A DNA stretch of 64,000 bases from Candidatus Latescibacterota bacterium (GTDB lineage: Bacteria > Latescibacterota > UBA2968 > UBA8231): the NCBI GenBank assembly GCA_965243025.1, contig CBDETY010000003.1, positions 768,001 to 832,000 of the forward strand. The letters are read 5' to 3'. The translations under genes were made by a program, and so were the position numbers. The notes beneath the pieces are model-generated. The model saw nothing but the letters and a program-made list of their open reading frames with translations, searched no databases and had not been told where the DNA came from. Positions 29,460-39,830 of the stretch are shown piece by piece; the stretch's first letter is position 1; each line of letters starts with the position of its first letter.

Positions 29460-29595
29460 GGCCGCTCTCCAGTCTCGGCGGGCTCGCCTGAAAAGGCCGC
29501 CGGGAATCCCGGCAGGCCAGGCCTCCACCCCGGGCGGCGGCCGGCCCGGGGGGGTGCGGCCGCAGATGGGCGGGGAGGATGGGGTGGACGGGACA

Positions 29596-30345
29596 CTACA
29601 GCCGCAGCAGCCGGAGGGCGTTGCCGCCGAGGATCAGGCGCTTGGCCGCCGCGTCGATGTCGGCGGTGACGATCTTGCCCAACTGCGGCCGCGGGTCCAT
29701 CAACGGGGTGTCGGAGCCGAAGAGCACCCGGTCCGCCCCGGCCTCGGCGACGATCCTTTCGACGACCCCCGGCTGCCGGTAGGTCGAGCAGGTCTCGAGG
29801 TAGTAGTTGGCGTTGGCCCGCGCCGCGGCGATCGCCTGGGTCCGGTACGGCTCGATGTTGCCGGTGTGCGCGGCGACGAAGAAGGCGTTGGGAAAGCGCG
29901 CCGCGGCGCGGCCGAACAGCTCCGGGGATGCGGTCGGCTCGCCGCCGGTGTGGGCGATGACGGCGAGGCCGCGCTCGTCGGCGAAGCCGTACACCGGGTC
30001 CCAGGCGGAGTCGTCGAGAGGGTACGGGGTGTAGGGGGGGTAGATCTTGATCGCCGGCATCCCCAGCTCGTCGACGGCCCGCTCGAGCTCCGGCCTGATG
30101 GTTTGCGGCATGGTCGGCGAGACGTAGGCGAAGCCGATGAAGCGGTCGGGGTGGCGGGCGGCGAAGGCGGCGGTGGCGTCGTTGCCGGGGCGGCCGTCGG
30201 GATGGAAGATGTTGAAGACGCAGCTCCTGTCGATCCCGGCCGCGTCCATGGCGCGCAGCATCTTCTCCGGGTCGTCGACCGCATCCAGCGCATCCCAGCG
30301 CCCGACGTGCCCGTGGAAGTCGATGACGAGGTGGCCGTCGATCAC
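29596..30345 (-). CDS. amidohydrolase_2 family protein
   Basis: GTG start; IDFHGH, IKIYP, AHTG, YLET, RVLFGSD.P, ILGGNA. Confidence 0.92.
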   Translation of the reverse strand: MIDGHLVIDFHGHVGRWDALDAVDDPEKMLRAMDAAGIDRSCVFNIFHPDGRPGNDATAAFAARHPDRFIGFAYVSPTMPQTIRPELERAVDELGMPAIKIYPPYTPYPLDDSAWDPVYGFADERGLAVIAHTGGEPTASPELFGRAAARFPNAFFVAAHTGNIEPYRTQAIAAARANANYYLETCSTYRQPGVVERIVAEAGADRVLFGSDTPLMDPRPQLGKIVTADIDAAAKRLILGGNALRLLRL

Positions 30346-31091
30346 GGCGCTTCTCCCAGAAGGCGCTCGAGGTTGCCCGCGCAGACCGCCGCCAGGGCCT
30401 CGTCGCCGATGTCGGTGTGGTGCAGGTAGAAGAGCATCGGGCCCATGGCGTAGCGGGGGAAGAAGGATCCGTAGAGGAAGCGGCCGGCCCCGAACCCGGC
30501 GACCAGCGCCTCGACGCCGCCGAGATTCTCGAAGCGGCTCAGCTCGAGGGAGGCGTTCGGCAGCCGTTCCAGCATCGGGGCCACCACCGCGCTGTGGGTG
30601 TAGTGGGCCCCAAGGAGCACGGTGCGCAGTCCGGGGTAGCGGCGCAGGGTCTCCATGATCTCGACCGGAGGGGTGTCGGCCAGCGACACCCAGAGCGGGA
30701 TGCCCTCGGCGTCGAGCCAGGCGAGCAGCTCGCCGTAGATCCAGTCGACGAACGGGACGCGGCATTCTTCGGTGTTGTGCAGGCGGACGCTGCGCACCCT
30801 GCCGCCGCCGTGCAGGGACTGCAACTGGCGCAGGGAGTCGTTTCCGGGCCCGGCGACCCACTGGGGGACGAGGGCCTCGTGCTCCCATTCGGCCAGGGCC
30901 TCGTTTCCGGCGATGTGACTGATCCGCTCACCCTGCAGGTGGTAGACGAGGCCGCGGCCGACGCCGTGGCGGTCCATTTCCTCAAGGAGGCTGTCGGGGT
31001 CCGGGCAGGGGAAGGGCCGGTCGTGCCGGTGGCCGACGCCGATGTTGGCGTCGAACACGGGAACCCGGGGGCGGAAGTCGAGGGTGCTCAT
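30342..31091 (-). CDS. amidohydrolase-fold protein lacking the HxH motif
   Basis: FDANIGVG in place of DxHxH; FLYGSFFP, CAGNLERLL; overlaps the previous gene by 4 nt. Confidence 0.8.
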   Translation of the reverse strand: MSTLDFRPRVPVFDANIGVGHRHDRPFPCPDPDSLLEEMDRHGVGRGLVYHLQGERISHIAGNEALAEWEHEALVPQWVAGPGNDSLRQLQSLHGGGRVRSVRLHNTEECRVPFVDWIYGELLAWLDAEGIPLWVSLADTPPVEIMETLRRYPGLRTVLLGAHYTHSAVVAPMLERLPNASLELSRFENLGGVEALVAGFGAGRFLYGSFFPRYAMGPMLFYLHHTDIGDEALAAVCAGNLERLLGEAP

Positions 31092-31270
31092 CGGCTGCGG
31101 TGAGTCGTGGCGGAAGGGGGAAACAAACTGGTCAAATCAGGGCCGGTGCGCCATGAGGGCATTCCCGCCTGCAGGTCGCTGACAACACTCTCCTCCGGGC
31201 TGTCCCGGGCCCAAGGCCAGCTGCGCTGGTAACGACGGTAGCCGGTGAAGAGGCAGGGCAGGTAGGCCTG

Positions 31271-32239
31271 TCAGTCCATTTCCAGGGAGGCCTTGATCCG
31301 GCCCCAGGAAACCGGTTCCACGGCGGAGCCGTTTTCCGGCCCGGCCGGGTCGGAAGCGAGCAGGATGCCGTCGATGAAGCCGTCCGCTCGAAGTTGGGTC
31401 ACTTGAAAACTGGGAGGAAAATCGTCGAGGGGCTCCAAAGCCTCGGGTGTCCAGGCGCTCGGGAAATCAGGGGGATCCATGTCATTCACGAGAATCCCGA
31501 AGCCGATGACCTTTTCCGCCTTCAGGTCGCTGACCAGGCTCCCCTCGGGGCCCTCCCAGTCCCCGAACCGGTCGAACGGGGTGACGTACAGCTCGATCAC
31601 GCTGAAAGCCGGGTTTTCCCCGCCTGCGTCACCACCCCCCTCGCCGTAGGGGGGGAGGGCTGTCCAGGCGAAATTCCCCGTTCGAAGTCGGACTACTTCG
31701 TCATCAAGAGTCGGACCGCTGCCTGTAAATGCAATGGCGGTGTAAAACTGGGTCTGCCCGTAAAACCCGAGAAGGTCCGGTTCCTCTTCGTCCGCAAACA
31801 GCTGGGTAAGCCCCGGGCCGCCGCTGTGGTCTCCGTCGATTGCCAGGAAGATGCCGTCCTGGAAATACATGGAATCATCGAATTCTTCGGAGCCGTAGTC
31901 ATGGGTGTTCTTGTACAGGTCGTCACTGGCCGCAAACGCCACGTACAGGCGGGGGGGGTTGTCGTGCCAGCCAAGCCAGATGCGGAAGTCGAGGTCGGAT
32001 GGATCCAGTTCCGACCCCCACATCCCCTCTGCGAAGTCGAGCAGGGTCATCGTCGGCTCGCCGACCAGATCGTACCACTCGTCCACCGATCCGTCGTCGA
32101 GCTGGATATCGGCCAGCATCCCGTCGGTGAGATAGGGGATCGGATAGACGCGGCCGCCGGCGTGGGCAAGGGCAGACCCTGCCAGCAGGAGGAGGACGAA
32201 GGTTGCGTGCAGCAGTTCCCTGATTCTCAAGGCGTTCAT
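31271..32239 (-). CDS. secreted CBM9/DOMON-like protein with WGRIK C-terminal motif (paralog 1)
   Basis: Signal peptide, LDDGSVDEW, LYVAF..SDD, IDGDHSGG, ends AVEPVSWGRIKASLEMD. Confidence 0.75.
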   Translation of the reverse strand: MNALRIRELLHATFVLLLLAGSALAHAGGRVYPIPYLTDGMLADIQLDDGSVDEWYDLVGEPTMTLLDFAEGMWGSELDPSDLDFRIWLGWHDNPPRLYVAFAASDDLYKNTHDYGSEEFDDSMYFQDGIFLAIDGDHSGGPGLTQLFADEEEPDLLGFYGQTQFYTAIAFTGSGPTLDDEVVRLRTGNFAWTALPPYGEGGGDAGGENPAFSVIELYVTPFDRFGDWEGPEGSLVSDLKAEKVIGFGILVNDMDPPDFPSAWTPEALEPLDDFPPSFQVTQLRADGFIDGILLASDPAGPENGSAVEPVSWGRIKASLEMD

Positions 32240-32343
32240 GGCGGTTTTCCTCGAATATCAACTCATGGGCATCGGCTGTTCACGACCGAATGCAGGACAA
32301 TTCCCTACCCCATGAGGATTGGAATCCCGGAGACCTGGGCCGG

Positions 32344-33288
32344 TCAATCCATCTCCAGGGAGGCCTTGATCCGGCCCCAGGAAACCGGTTCGGCGGCAGT
32401 GCCTGTTTCCTGCCCGCCCGGGTCGGGGGAGAGGAGGAGGCCGTCGATGAAGGCGTCGGCTCGATGCTGCAGCAGGTGAGCATAAGCGGGAAGCTCCCCC
32501 CCGAATCGCACCATGGGTTCGGGGGACCAGCCGGTCGCGATTTCAGACCGATCCCAGTCGTTCAGCAGAATCCCGAAGCCGATGACCTTTCCCGGCTGCA
32601 GGTCGCTGACAACGCCGTTCTCCGGTTCCTCCTGGGCCCCGGAATCGAAGGGAGTGACATACAGCTCGGTCACGCTGATGACGGGGTTTTCCCCGGCTGT
32701 GCCGCCGCCTGCCTCGGCGTATGGGGGGAGGATTGTCCAGGGGGTCTCCCACCGGATCGGGACCTCTTCCATGGGCGGCCCGCCGCTGGCGTGGGCAATG
32801 GCCATGTAAACCTGGGTCTTCCCGTCGACCTTCCCCCAGTCCGGACTTCCATCATATCCCGCCCCCCCGCTGTGGTCGGCGTCGATTCCCAGGATGATGT
32901 TGTCCTGGAACAACATCCAATTTTCGAGCTCGTCCGGGTAGCCGGGGACATAGGTGTTCTTGTACAGGTCGTCGCTGACTGAAACGGCCAGGTACAGGCG
33001 GGCGGGGTCGTCGTGCCAGGCGAGCCAGATGCCGAAGTCGAGGTCGGCCGGATCGGGTCCCGGCCCCCACGACCCGTCTTCGAAGCCCAGCGGCGTCATC
33101 GTCGGCTCGCCGACCAGGTCGTACCACTCGTCCACCGATCCGTCGGCGAGCCGGATATCTGCAAGCATCCCGTCGGTCAGGTAGGGGACCGGATAGACGG
33201 GGCCGCCGGAGTGGGCGCCGGCCGAAACTGCCAGCAGAAGGAGGCAGAGAGCCGCGTGCAGCAGTTCCCTGGTTCTCAATGCATCCAT
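32344..33288 (-). CDS. secreted CBM9/DOMON-like protein with WGRIK C-terminal motif (paralog 2)
   Basis: Colinear with 31271..32239; identical terminal EPVSWGRIKASLEMD. Confidence 0.75.
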   Translation of the reverse strand: MDALRTRELLHAALCLLLLAVSAGAHSGGPVYPVPYLTDGMLADIRLADGSVDEWYDLVGEPTMTPLGFEDGSWGPGPDPADLDFGIWLAWHDDPARLYLAVSVSDDLYKNTYVPGYPDELENWMLFQDNIILGIDADHSGGAGYDGSPDWGKVDGKTQVYMAIAHASGGPPMEEVPIRWETPWTILPPYAEAGGGTAGENPVISVTELYVTPFDSGAQEEPENGVVSDLQPGKVIGFGILLNDWDRSEIATGWSPEPMVRFGGELPAYAHLLQHRADAFIDGLLLSPDPGGQETGTAAEPVSWGRIKASLEMD

Positions 33289-33298
33289 GGGCTTTCTC

Positions 33299-34303
33299 TC
33301 AATTGCCGGTTGAACCCCCTTCTTCCCGCACCGAGGCCAGGATCTCGAGAGACCGGTGGCATGCCGCCGGATCGAAGATGCGGCAGGTGGTGATCAGCTC
33401 GTCCGCCGCGGTCCGTTCGATAATATCCTTGATCCCCGCTTCCACCGCATCCGGGTCCCCGACCACGGAGCAGCTCAGCTTCTCCTCTACGGCCGGTTTC
33501 TCCAGGCCGGTCCAGCAGGTCTCGATGTCGTCGACGGGAGGCCCCAGCTGGTCGCGCCGGCCCCGCATCATGCCGATCGACTGCACCTGCTGCGAGGTGA
33601 ACAGCCGCCGTGCCTCCTCTTCGCTGTCGGCGCCGACGACGTTGACCCCGACCATCGCGTACGGCTGCGCCAGCTGCTCCGATGGCTTGAAGGTGGAGCG
33701 GTACACGTGCAGGGCGTCGGCCAGCAGGGCGGGGGCGAAGTGGGAGGCGAAGGCGTAGGGGAGCCCGAGGTGGGCGGCGAGCTGGGCGCTGAACAGGCTC
33801 GACCCGAGCAGCCAGATCGGCACCTGCAGCCCGGCGCCGGGGACCGCGCGCACCGCCTGGTCCGGCTCCGGGTCGCCGAACCAGGCCTGCAGCTCGAGGA
33901 CGTCGCGCGGGAACTGCTGGTCGCTGCCGGTCCGTTCCCGCCGCAGGGCGCGAACCGTCATCCGGTCGGTGCCCGGAGCCCTGCCGAGGCCGAGGTCGAT
34001 GCGCCCGGGGTAGAGGGACTCGAGGGTGCCGAACTGCTCGGCGATCACCAGGGGGGCGTGGTTGGGCAGCATGATGCCCCCGGAGCCGACCCGCATCCTT
34101 TCGGTCGCCTCGGCGACGTGGGAGATCAGGACCGAGGTGGCGGCGCTGCCGATGCCGGCCATGTTGTGGTGCTCGGCGATCCAGTAGCGGTGGAACCCGA
34201 GCTTCTCGGCGTGCCGGGCCTGGGCGCGCATGGTGCGGAACGCCGCGGCCGCGTCGCTCCCCAGGCGGATCGGGGCGAGGTCGAGGATCGACAGCGGGAT
34301 CAC
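33299..34303 (-). CDS. luciferase-like (LLM class) flavin-dependent monooxygenase
   Basis: GTG start; [47 protein letters not shown]. Confidence 0.95.
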   Translation of the reverse strand: MIPLSILDLAPIRLGSDAAAAFRTMRAQARHAEKLGFHRYWIAEHHNMAGIGSAATSVLISHVAEATERMRVGSGGIMLPNHAPLVIAEQFGTLESLYPGRIDLGLGRAPGTDRMTVRALRRERTGSDQQFPRDVLELQAWFGDPEPDQAVRAVPGAGLQVPIWLLGSSLFSAQLAAHLGLPYAFASHFAPALLADALHVYRSTFKPSEQLAQPYAMVGVNVVGADSEEEARRLFTSQQVQSIGMMRGRRDQLGPPVDDIETCWTGLEKPAVEEKLSCSVVGDPDAVEAGIKDIIERTAADELITTCRIFDPAACHRSLEILASVREEGGSTGN

Positions 34304-35106
34304 GGTACGGTCTCCCGTCTCTGGGGCGCCTGATCCCCCTTTACGCAGTACTCCAGCAGAAAGCGGACGGCGTCGAGCCGCGACTCCCGCGACGGCGAGT
34401 GCCCCGGGGAGTCGACGACGTGGAGCTGGCTGAGAAGGGTTTCCTGCCGCCGCTCGCGGCGCTGGATCTCGAACAGCTCCATGGCGAAGTCGACGCAGGC
34501 CCGGGTGCCGACGACGTCGTCCTGGCTGCCGACGCTGAGATGGACGGCGGTGGCGGCGAGGTCGCCGGCCCAGTGGCTGATGCGCAGGGGCCAGGTGCGG
34601 GTGCGGGGGCAGGTTTCGGTGAACTCCTCGGGGATTCCCCAGTCGGTCACCGGCGAGAGCGCGGCGACCGCCAGCAGGCGGGGATCGGCCGCGGCCAGGC
34701 GCAGCAGGCAGTACCCGGCGCGCGAGACCCCGTAGCCGACCACCCGGCCGTTGCCGGCGCCCCGCTCGAGGCAGGCGTCCACCGCGGCCTTGCCGTCCCG
34801 GACGAACTGCGCGAAGGGGTCCTCGCCGGCCAGGAAGGCCCGGCCCATGCCCGAGAGGGCCTCGCCCTGCCCGGGGCGGACGCGCTCTCCGTGGCAGGGC
34901 AGGTCGAAGCTGGCGACGAAGTGCCCGGCGTCGAGAAACGGCTGCACCGGGTGGTTCTGGGTCTCGTCGCCCAGGGCGAGGTCCGCGGTGGCGCTGATGT
35001 TGAGCAGCAGCGCCGAGTGCTCCCCGGCGAGCCCCTCCCCGGGGATGGCGAGGGTGCATTTGAAACCGGCGCCGCCGGACCGCACCGGAAACTCGGTCGC
35101 GTTCAT
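34300..35106 (-). CDS. alpha/beta hydrolase fold protein
   Basis: DLPCHG, nucleophile elbow GVSRAG, QDDVV, PGH. Confidence 0.8.
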   Translation of the reverse strand: MNATEFPVRSGGAGFKCTLAIPGEGLAGEHSALLLNISATADLALGDETQNHPVQPFLDAGHFVASFDLPCHGERVRPGQGEALSGMGRAFLAGEDPFAQFVRDGKAAVDACLERGAGNGRVVGYGVSRAGYCLLRLAAADPRLLAVAALSPVTDWGIPEEFTETCPRTRTWPLRISHWAGDLAATAVHLSVGSQDDVVGTRACVDFAMELFEIQRRERRQETLLSQLHVVDSPGHSPSRESRLDAVRFLLEYCVKGDQAPQRRETVP

Positions 35107-36533
35107 TCCGAGGGTCCCTGCTGGAAGGAGTAGAGGCGGGCGTTGCGCAGGTAGAACTTGAGGCGGACCACCCGGCCCCTGAGGTCGTCGAAGCGGGCGC
35201 GCCTCCAGGTCATTTCCCAGCGCACCGAGTCGCCGTCGAACAGGGCGCTGTCCGGCCTGCCGAAACCCTCCTGCTGCACCCCGTCCGCGTCGAGTACGGC
35301 GACCGCCAGCTCGCCTCCGCGGGCCGCGGCGTTGATCCTCAGCGAGCCCCCCTCGCAGCGGAACGGTTTCGTGACCAGGGTGCCGGTTTCGGCTCCGGCG
35401 TCGACCGACACGAAGCCGTCGAGCCGCAGCTTGGCGAGGTTGATCGGCCCGCTGCGGCCGGTGGGGCCGTGTTCGACGCCGCAGGGGGAGTAGTAGAACC
35501 AGAGCTCGTCCCCCACCTCGACAGGGGCGTTGGCCATGTAGATCTCACCGGCGTCGTCGCTGCCGGCAGGCCCGTTCTCCATGAACCCGGCCCGATCGCA
35601 CACCCGCTCCCAGCGGACGCCGTCGCGGCTGACCGCGAGCTGGATGTCGATGGTCCCGTAGAAGCGGATGTGCGGCTCCTCCGGGTTGGTGTGGTACACG
35701 TGCAGCAGGCCGATGTAGAGACCGGCGCGGCGGAACACCGCCATGCAGTAGAACTGCGTCCCGGGGGGATCGCGTTCGTCGGGGACCAGCACCTCCTCCG
35801 GGTCGTTCCAGTGGATGAAGTCTTCGCTGGTGCACCGCCCGATGCGGCGCACCGGGTTGCCCTCGTGCACGGAGGGCCGGCAGTAGGCGACCCATGCCCG
35901 GTGGCGGTCGTCCCACCCCAGCAGCCGGTGGGCGTCGCTGGCCCGGCGGATCACCGGGTTGCCTTCGTATTTCGTCCAGCTCAGCCCGTCCGGGGAGAAG
36001 GCGACGGATACCCCGTCCCCCTCGTTCGGGGTGCCGCCCGGATCGCGGGCCTCGTAGAAGAGGGCCTTGTAGCGGCGCTGCGGGTCGTCGAGGCGGTCGT
36101 CGCAACAGACGTTGCCCCCGGCCGCGTCGAGCATGAGGAGGTTGTTCTCCTTCGAGCCGGCGTACTCGACCAGTCCGAGGTTGGGGCGCTCCCAGAAGAT
36201 GCCGTCCTGCGAGACCGCGTAGCAGTAGCTGTAGAGGAGGTTGGCCGGGTCGAAGCCGAGGTGCGCCCACTTTCCGAGGGTCGCTCCCATGCGGGCGACC
36301 CCCATGCCCCCGAGCCCGGTGTACCACATGCGGAAGCCGTCGGCGCCGCGCAGCACCGTGCCGTAGAGCTCGAGGCGGCCCTCCCACGGGTAGATGGGGA
36401 ACATCAGCGGGTTGCCGGCGTAGCGCACCGGCTGGTTGAGGGTGCGCTCGAGGCCGCGCATCTCCGCGACGATCAGCTCGTCGCAGAAGAGCTGCCTTTC
36501 GGTGCCGGCTACGATCGGTTCCTGCTTTTTCAT
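35103..36533 (-). CDS. five-bladed beta-propeller glycoside hydrolase-like protein (GH32/43/130-like)
   Basis: QLF.D, NP, FRMWY, Asp-box-like [44 protein letters not shown]. Confidence 0.8.
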   Translation of the reverse strand: MKKQEPIVAGTERQLFCDELIVAEMRGLERTLNQPVRYAGNPLMFPIYPWEGRLELYGTVLRGADGFRMWYTGLGGMGVARMGATLGKWAHLGFDPANLLYSYCYAVSQDGIFWERPNLGLVEYAGSKENNLLMLDAAGGNVCCDDRLDDPQRRYKALFYEARDPGGTPNEGDGVSVAFSPDGLSWTKYEGNPVIRRASDAHRLLGWDDRHRAWVAYCRPSVHEGNPVRRIGRCTSEDFIHWNDPEEVLVPDERDPPGTQFYCMAVFRRAGLYIGLLHVYHTNPEEPHIRFYGTIDIQLAVSRDGVRWERVCDRAGFMENGPAGSDDAGEIYMANAPVEVGDELWFYYSPCGVEHGPTGRSGPINLAKLRLDGFVSVDAGAETGTLVTKPFRCEGGSLRINAAARGGELAVAVLDADGVQQEGFGRPDSALFDGDSVRWEMTWRRARFDDLRGRVVRLKFYLRNARLYSFQQGPSE

Positions 36534-36560
36534 GAGGCTCGATCCGCACTGAATCCCGGC

Positions 36561-36602
36561 AAAAAAGAATGCCCGCCCCGGATCAGGCTCCAGGGGCGGG
36601 CA
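36561..36602 (-). terminator. Rho-independent terminator
   Basis: 10-bp stem TGCCCGCCCC/GGGGCGGGCA followed on the minus strand by TTCTTTTTT, downstream of 36628..36894. Confidence 0.75.
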
Positions 36603-36627
36603 GGCTATCCCGATTCCTCCGATTGAC

Positions 36628-36894
36628 TTAGACGGGATGTTGAGCGATGGCGTCAGCGGGAAGCGTTTGAATTCGCTGCCACGTCCGGGCGTCTTCAGCA
36701 GTGATGGGAAATTGAATCCTGGTATCCACTTTCCAATAGCTGTCGCCGTAAGGGTCTCTGTATTCGTAGCGCACTGTTTTGAGTAGCAAACACTCCCCTT
36801 TCGGGCTCACTTCGAGCGTCTCCGAAAGGACGGTAGCCTTTGGCTCGATTCTAGAGGGGTAGATCCCAGGGGACAAGGACTCATCGGCGCTCAT
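36628..36894 (-). CDS. small hypothetical protein (88 aa), lower GC
   Basis: ATG overlaps the upstream stop (TGATG at 36896-36892); followed by a terminator. Confidence 0.55.
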   Translation of the reverse strand: MSADESLSPGIYPSRIEPKATVLSETLEVSPKGECLLLKTVRYEYRDPYGDSYWKVDTRIQFPITAEDARTWQRIQTLPADAIAQHPV

Positions 36895-37103
36895 CACTCT
36901 GCTCCTTTGGACTGTTCCTGGTGGACGTGGACAAACCGAACCGGCTGTTCTCCGCCAGAATGGGCGTCTGAATGGGTGTCGATTCGACTGTTGGTCCTGT
37001 CGATGCGGGCACCCAGATCTTTGCGAAGATCTTTGATTTCTCGCCACAGGGCGAGGCCCACCGCCAACACTACCCCCGGCGTGAGAAGCTGCTCTACGTT
37101 CAT
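36894..37103 (-). CDS. small membrane-anchored coiled-coil hypothetical protein (69 aa)
   Basis: GGGAGG SD; hydrophobic GVVLAVGLALW then REIKDLRKDLGARIDRTNSRID. Confidence 0.55.
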   Translation of the reverse strand: MNVEQLLTPGVVLAVGLALWREIKDLRKDLGARIDRTNSRIDTHSDAHSGGEQPVRFVHVHQEQSKGAE

Positions 37104-37643
37104 TCTGCCTCCCCCATTTTGGGACGATGACGACGAGTACCTCTCCATCTTCGACCACTGCACATTCGTGCAGAATGTAAGGGGCTGAAGCGATGTGTCA
37201 ACTTCCTTTTTTCCTTCCGCGAGGCCGCTTGTGAGACGGCTGTCAGGCGGCTGTCAGGCGCTTTGGTGGGGGAAGAGATCAGGGAGCCGAACCCACAGGC
37301 CGACAACGAAGATCAGCCCTATAAAGCCCGATGTCGAAAACGCCGACTGGGGGGTAATTGCTCACATCGTCGACAAAGGGCAACTCCCGATCGAATGACA
37401 CGGGTGTAGATGCCGAATCCCATTGACTATCTCCCCTTTCCTGGCAAATCAGCCTGATTCCATCGCACCCGTCAAAGCGCATTCCGGGTGCCAGTGGATC
37501 CCTGTCCCTGCCCTTGCGGCGAAGTCCGGCCATTACTCGATTTTGCGAGGGCCCGACTGGGAAGGGTGTCCCCCGTCAGCCTGGGTGAACACGGCAGAAA
37601 TCGTTGTCACGAAGATTCGCACCTTCGAAAGGACAGGAGCAAG

Positions 37644-38777
37644 ATGAAAATCACCGAAATCAGGACCGCGGAGGTGACCGTCAAAATCGGCGGCGCCCCC
37701 AGCTACACCTACCACTACGTGCGCGTCCACTCCGACGCCGGGGTCTGCGGCACCGGGGAGGCCAGCCACGTCGACGGCGGCTGGCGCGGCTCGACCCGGA
37801 CCATGGCGCGGCAGCTGATCGGCAGGGACCCGCGCGACGTCGACGCCTGCTTCGAGGGGATACGGCGCAGCTACATTTTCCGCGGGGGATACTCCGGCCT
37901 CGGGATCTCCGCCCTGACCGGGCTGGAGGTCGCGCTCTGGGATCTTGCCGGCAAGGCCCAGGGGGTTCCGGTCTACCGCCTGCTCGGGGGCAAGTTCCGC
38001 GACCGGGTGCGGCTCTACGTCGACAGCGCCCGGGAAGACTGCGGGGAGCGGGCGGCGGCGGTGAAGGGGGACGGCTTCACGGCCATCAAGTTCGACCTCG
38101 ACGACGCCGCCAACCCCCACAAGCTCGACCCCTGGAACTGGTCGGTGTCCCCCGGGGAGCTCGGCATCATGGTCGACCAGGCCCGCGAGATCCGCGAGGC
38201 GGTCGGCCCCGAGATCGATCTCGCCATCGACCTGCACGGCCGCTACGACGCCACCGCCGGCGCCAAGGTCGCCCGGGAGGTGGAGGACCTGAACCTGATG
38301 TGGCTGGAGGAGCCGGTGCCGCCGGAGAACATCGACGCCCTCAAGCGCGTCACCGAGTCGACGAGCACGCCGATCTGCGCCGGCGAGAACGCCTACCTGC
38401 GCTACGGCTTCCGCGAGATGCTCGAGCGCCAGGCCGTCGACGTCATCATGCCGGACATCTCCAAGTGCGGGGGGCTGTCCGAGTGCCGCAAGATCGCCAA
38501 CATGGCGGAGATCTACTACATCCCGTTCGCGCCGCACAACAACTCGAGCGCCCTGAGCACGGTGGCCGACGCCCACGTCTGCGCCAGCGTGCCGAACTTC
38601 CTGGCGCTGGAGTTCCACCGCTACGACGACCCGACCTGGAACGACGTCATCCTCGCGGACGAGCCGGCGATCCAGCAGGGGCACGTGGTGCTGTCGGAGA
38701 AGCCGGGGCTCGGGGTGGAGCTCAACGAGGAGTTCCTGCAGGCCCAGCTCGACGAGGGGGAGCCGCTCTGGCAGTAG
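37644..38777 (+). CDS. mandelate racemase-subgroup acid-sugar dehydratase (DgoD-like)
   Basis: AGGAG SD; ALWDLAGK, LLGG, KFD (KxD), DLHG, WLEEP, AGEN, PD, APHN. Confidence 0.92.
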   Translation: MKITEIRTAEVTVKIGGAPSYTYHYVRVHSDAGVCGTGEASHVDGGWRGSTRTMARQLIGRDPRDVDACFEGIRRSYIFRGGYSGLGISALTGLEVALWDLAGKAQGVPVYRLLGGKFRDRVRLYVDSAREDCGERAAAVKGDGFTAIKFDLDDAANPHKLDPWNWSVSPGELGIMVDQAREIREAVGPEIDLAIDLHGRYDATAGAKVAREVEDLNLMWLEEPVPPENIDALKRVTESTSTPICAGENAYLRYGFREMLERQAVDVIMPDISKCGGLSECRKIANMAEIYYIPFAPHNNSSALSTVADAHVCASVPNFLALEFHRYDDPTWNDVILADEPAIQQGHVVLSEKPGLGVELNEEFLQAQLDEGEPLWQ

Positions 38778-38914
38778 CCGCGGGTGCGGGCACGGAAGCG
38801 GGCGGGGCAATGACGGCCTCCGGGGCCGGCGGTCACGTGGAACGGGGGTTGTGCAGCCGCGAGTGGCCGGGGGCCTGCCGGCCGGGGCCGTAGAACCGCG
38901 CAGACTCCGGCCGT

Positions 38915-39802
38915 TCAGTCGAAGGCGATCCCGAGGCGGTTGGCGATTTCCACGATGCAGCGCCGCGCGCGGGTGTTCTCCACCTCGGTGGGGTAGTAGA
39001 CGATGTTGGGGGAAATCGTCGCGCCCGACACCCCGACGTCGCGGAAGTGCTCGATGATGAACGGGAGGCCGGGGCAGGGGACTTCGCTGAGTCTTCTCAG
39101 GTAGGTCTCGTAGTCGAGCAGGCCGGTGCCGATCGGCACCTCGTCGAGCTTCAGCACCCAGTGCGAGAGGTCGAGGCCGACGTCCTTGGCGTGGGCGCCG
39201 ATTATGTCGGGCGTCAGCAGGTCGAACATCGAGTTGAGGAAGTCGGTGGTGTTGTAGCAGGTGCGGTGGGTGCTCATGTTGACGGGGTCGAGCATGACCT
39301 TCAGGTGCGGAGAGCCGACGTCGTCGATCAGCCGCCGCAGCTGCTCGGGCGAATCGATCGGGGCGCCGTTGGTCGGGTGCAGGGCGATGGGGACGTCGAC
39401 CTCCGCGGCGGTTTCGGCCGCCTCCTCGAGCGAGGAGCACAGCCGCCGCCAGGTCGCCTGCGACCACCAGTCGCCGTCGGCCCCGAACGGCCGGCTGATC
39501 CCGACGCACCAGGCGTTCAGCTTCCGCGCGTCGCGCAGGACCTTCTTCAGGAAGGCGACTCCCCCCCGGCGCTGTTGCTCGTCGTCGCTGGCGAGGTACC
39601 CGTGCCGGTAGGCGGCGACCTCGGCGACGAACTTGCCCCCCGCCTCGAAACAGGTGCGGACCCGGTCGATCTCCCCGTCGCTGTATCCGTCCACCCCGGG
39701 CACCAGCACCGTGCCGGTGACGCCGATGGTGTCGAGCCGGTCGACCGCGTCCCGGGGATCGTCGACGCTCACCCCGCCCCAGAATGCCGCTCCAAGTCTC
39801 AT
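38915..39802 (-). CDS. sugar phosphate isomerase/epimerase, xylose-isomerase-like TIM barrel
   Basis: KVMLDPVN, AHAKD, G.GLLDY, IIEH. Confidence 0.88.
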   Translation of the reverse strand: MRLGAAFWGGVSVDDPRDAVDRLDTIGVTGTVLVPGVDGYSDGEIDRVRTCFEAGGKFVAEVAAYRHGYLASDDEQQRRGGVAFLKKVLRDARKLNAWCVGISRPFGADGDWWSQATWRRLCSSLEEAAETAAEVDVPIALHPTNGAPIDSPEQLRRLIDDVGSPHLKVMLDPVNMSTHRTCYNTTDFLNSMFDLLTPDIIGAHAKDVGLDLSHWVLKLDEVPIGTGLLDYETYLRRLSEVPCPGLPFIIEHFRDVGVSGATISPNIVYYPTEVENTRARRCIVEIANRLGIAFD

Positions 39803-39830
39803 CTTCGCGAACCTTTCCCGTTCCGCTGTC

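Noticed and set aside
26538-29669. 1043-aa plus-strand ORF and similar long antisense ORFs (e.g. 43632..46019, 12628..14391, 37533..39509, 20476..21606)
   Set aside because: Shadow ORFs of real high-GC genes on the opposite strand; no motifs.
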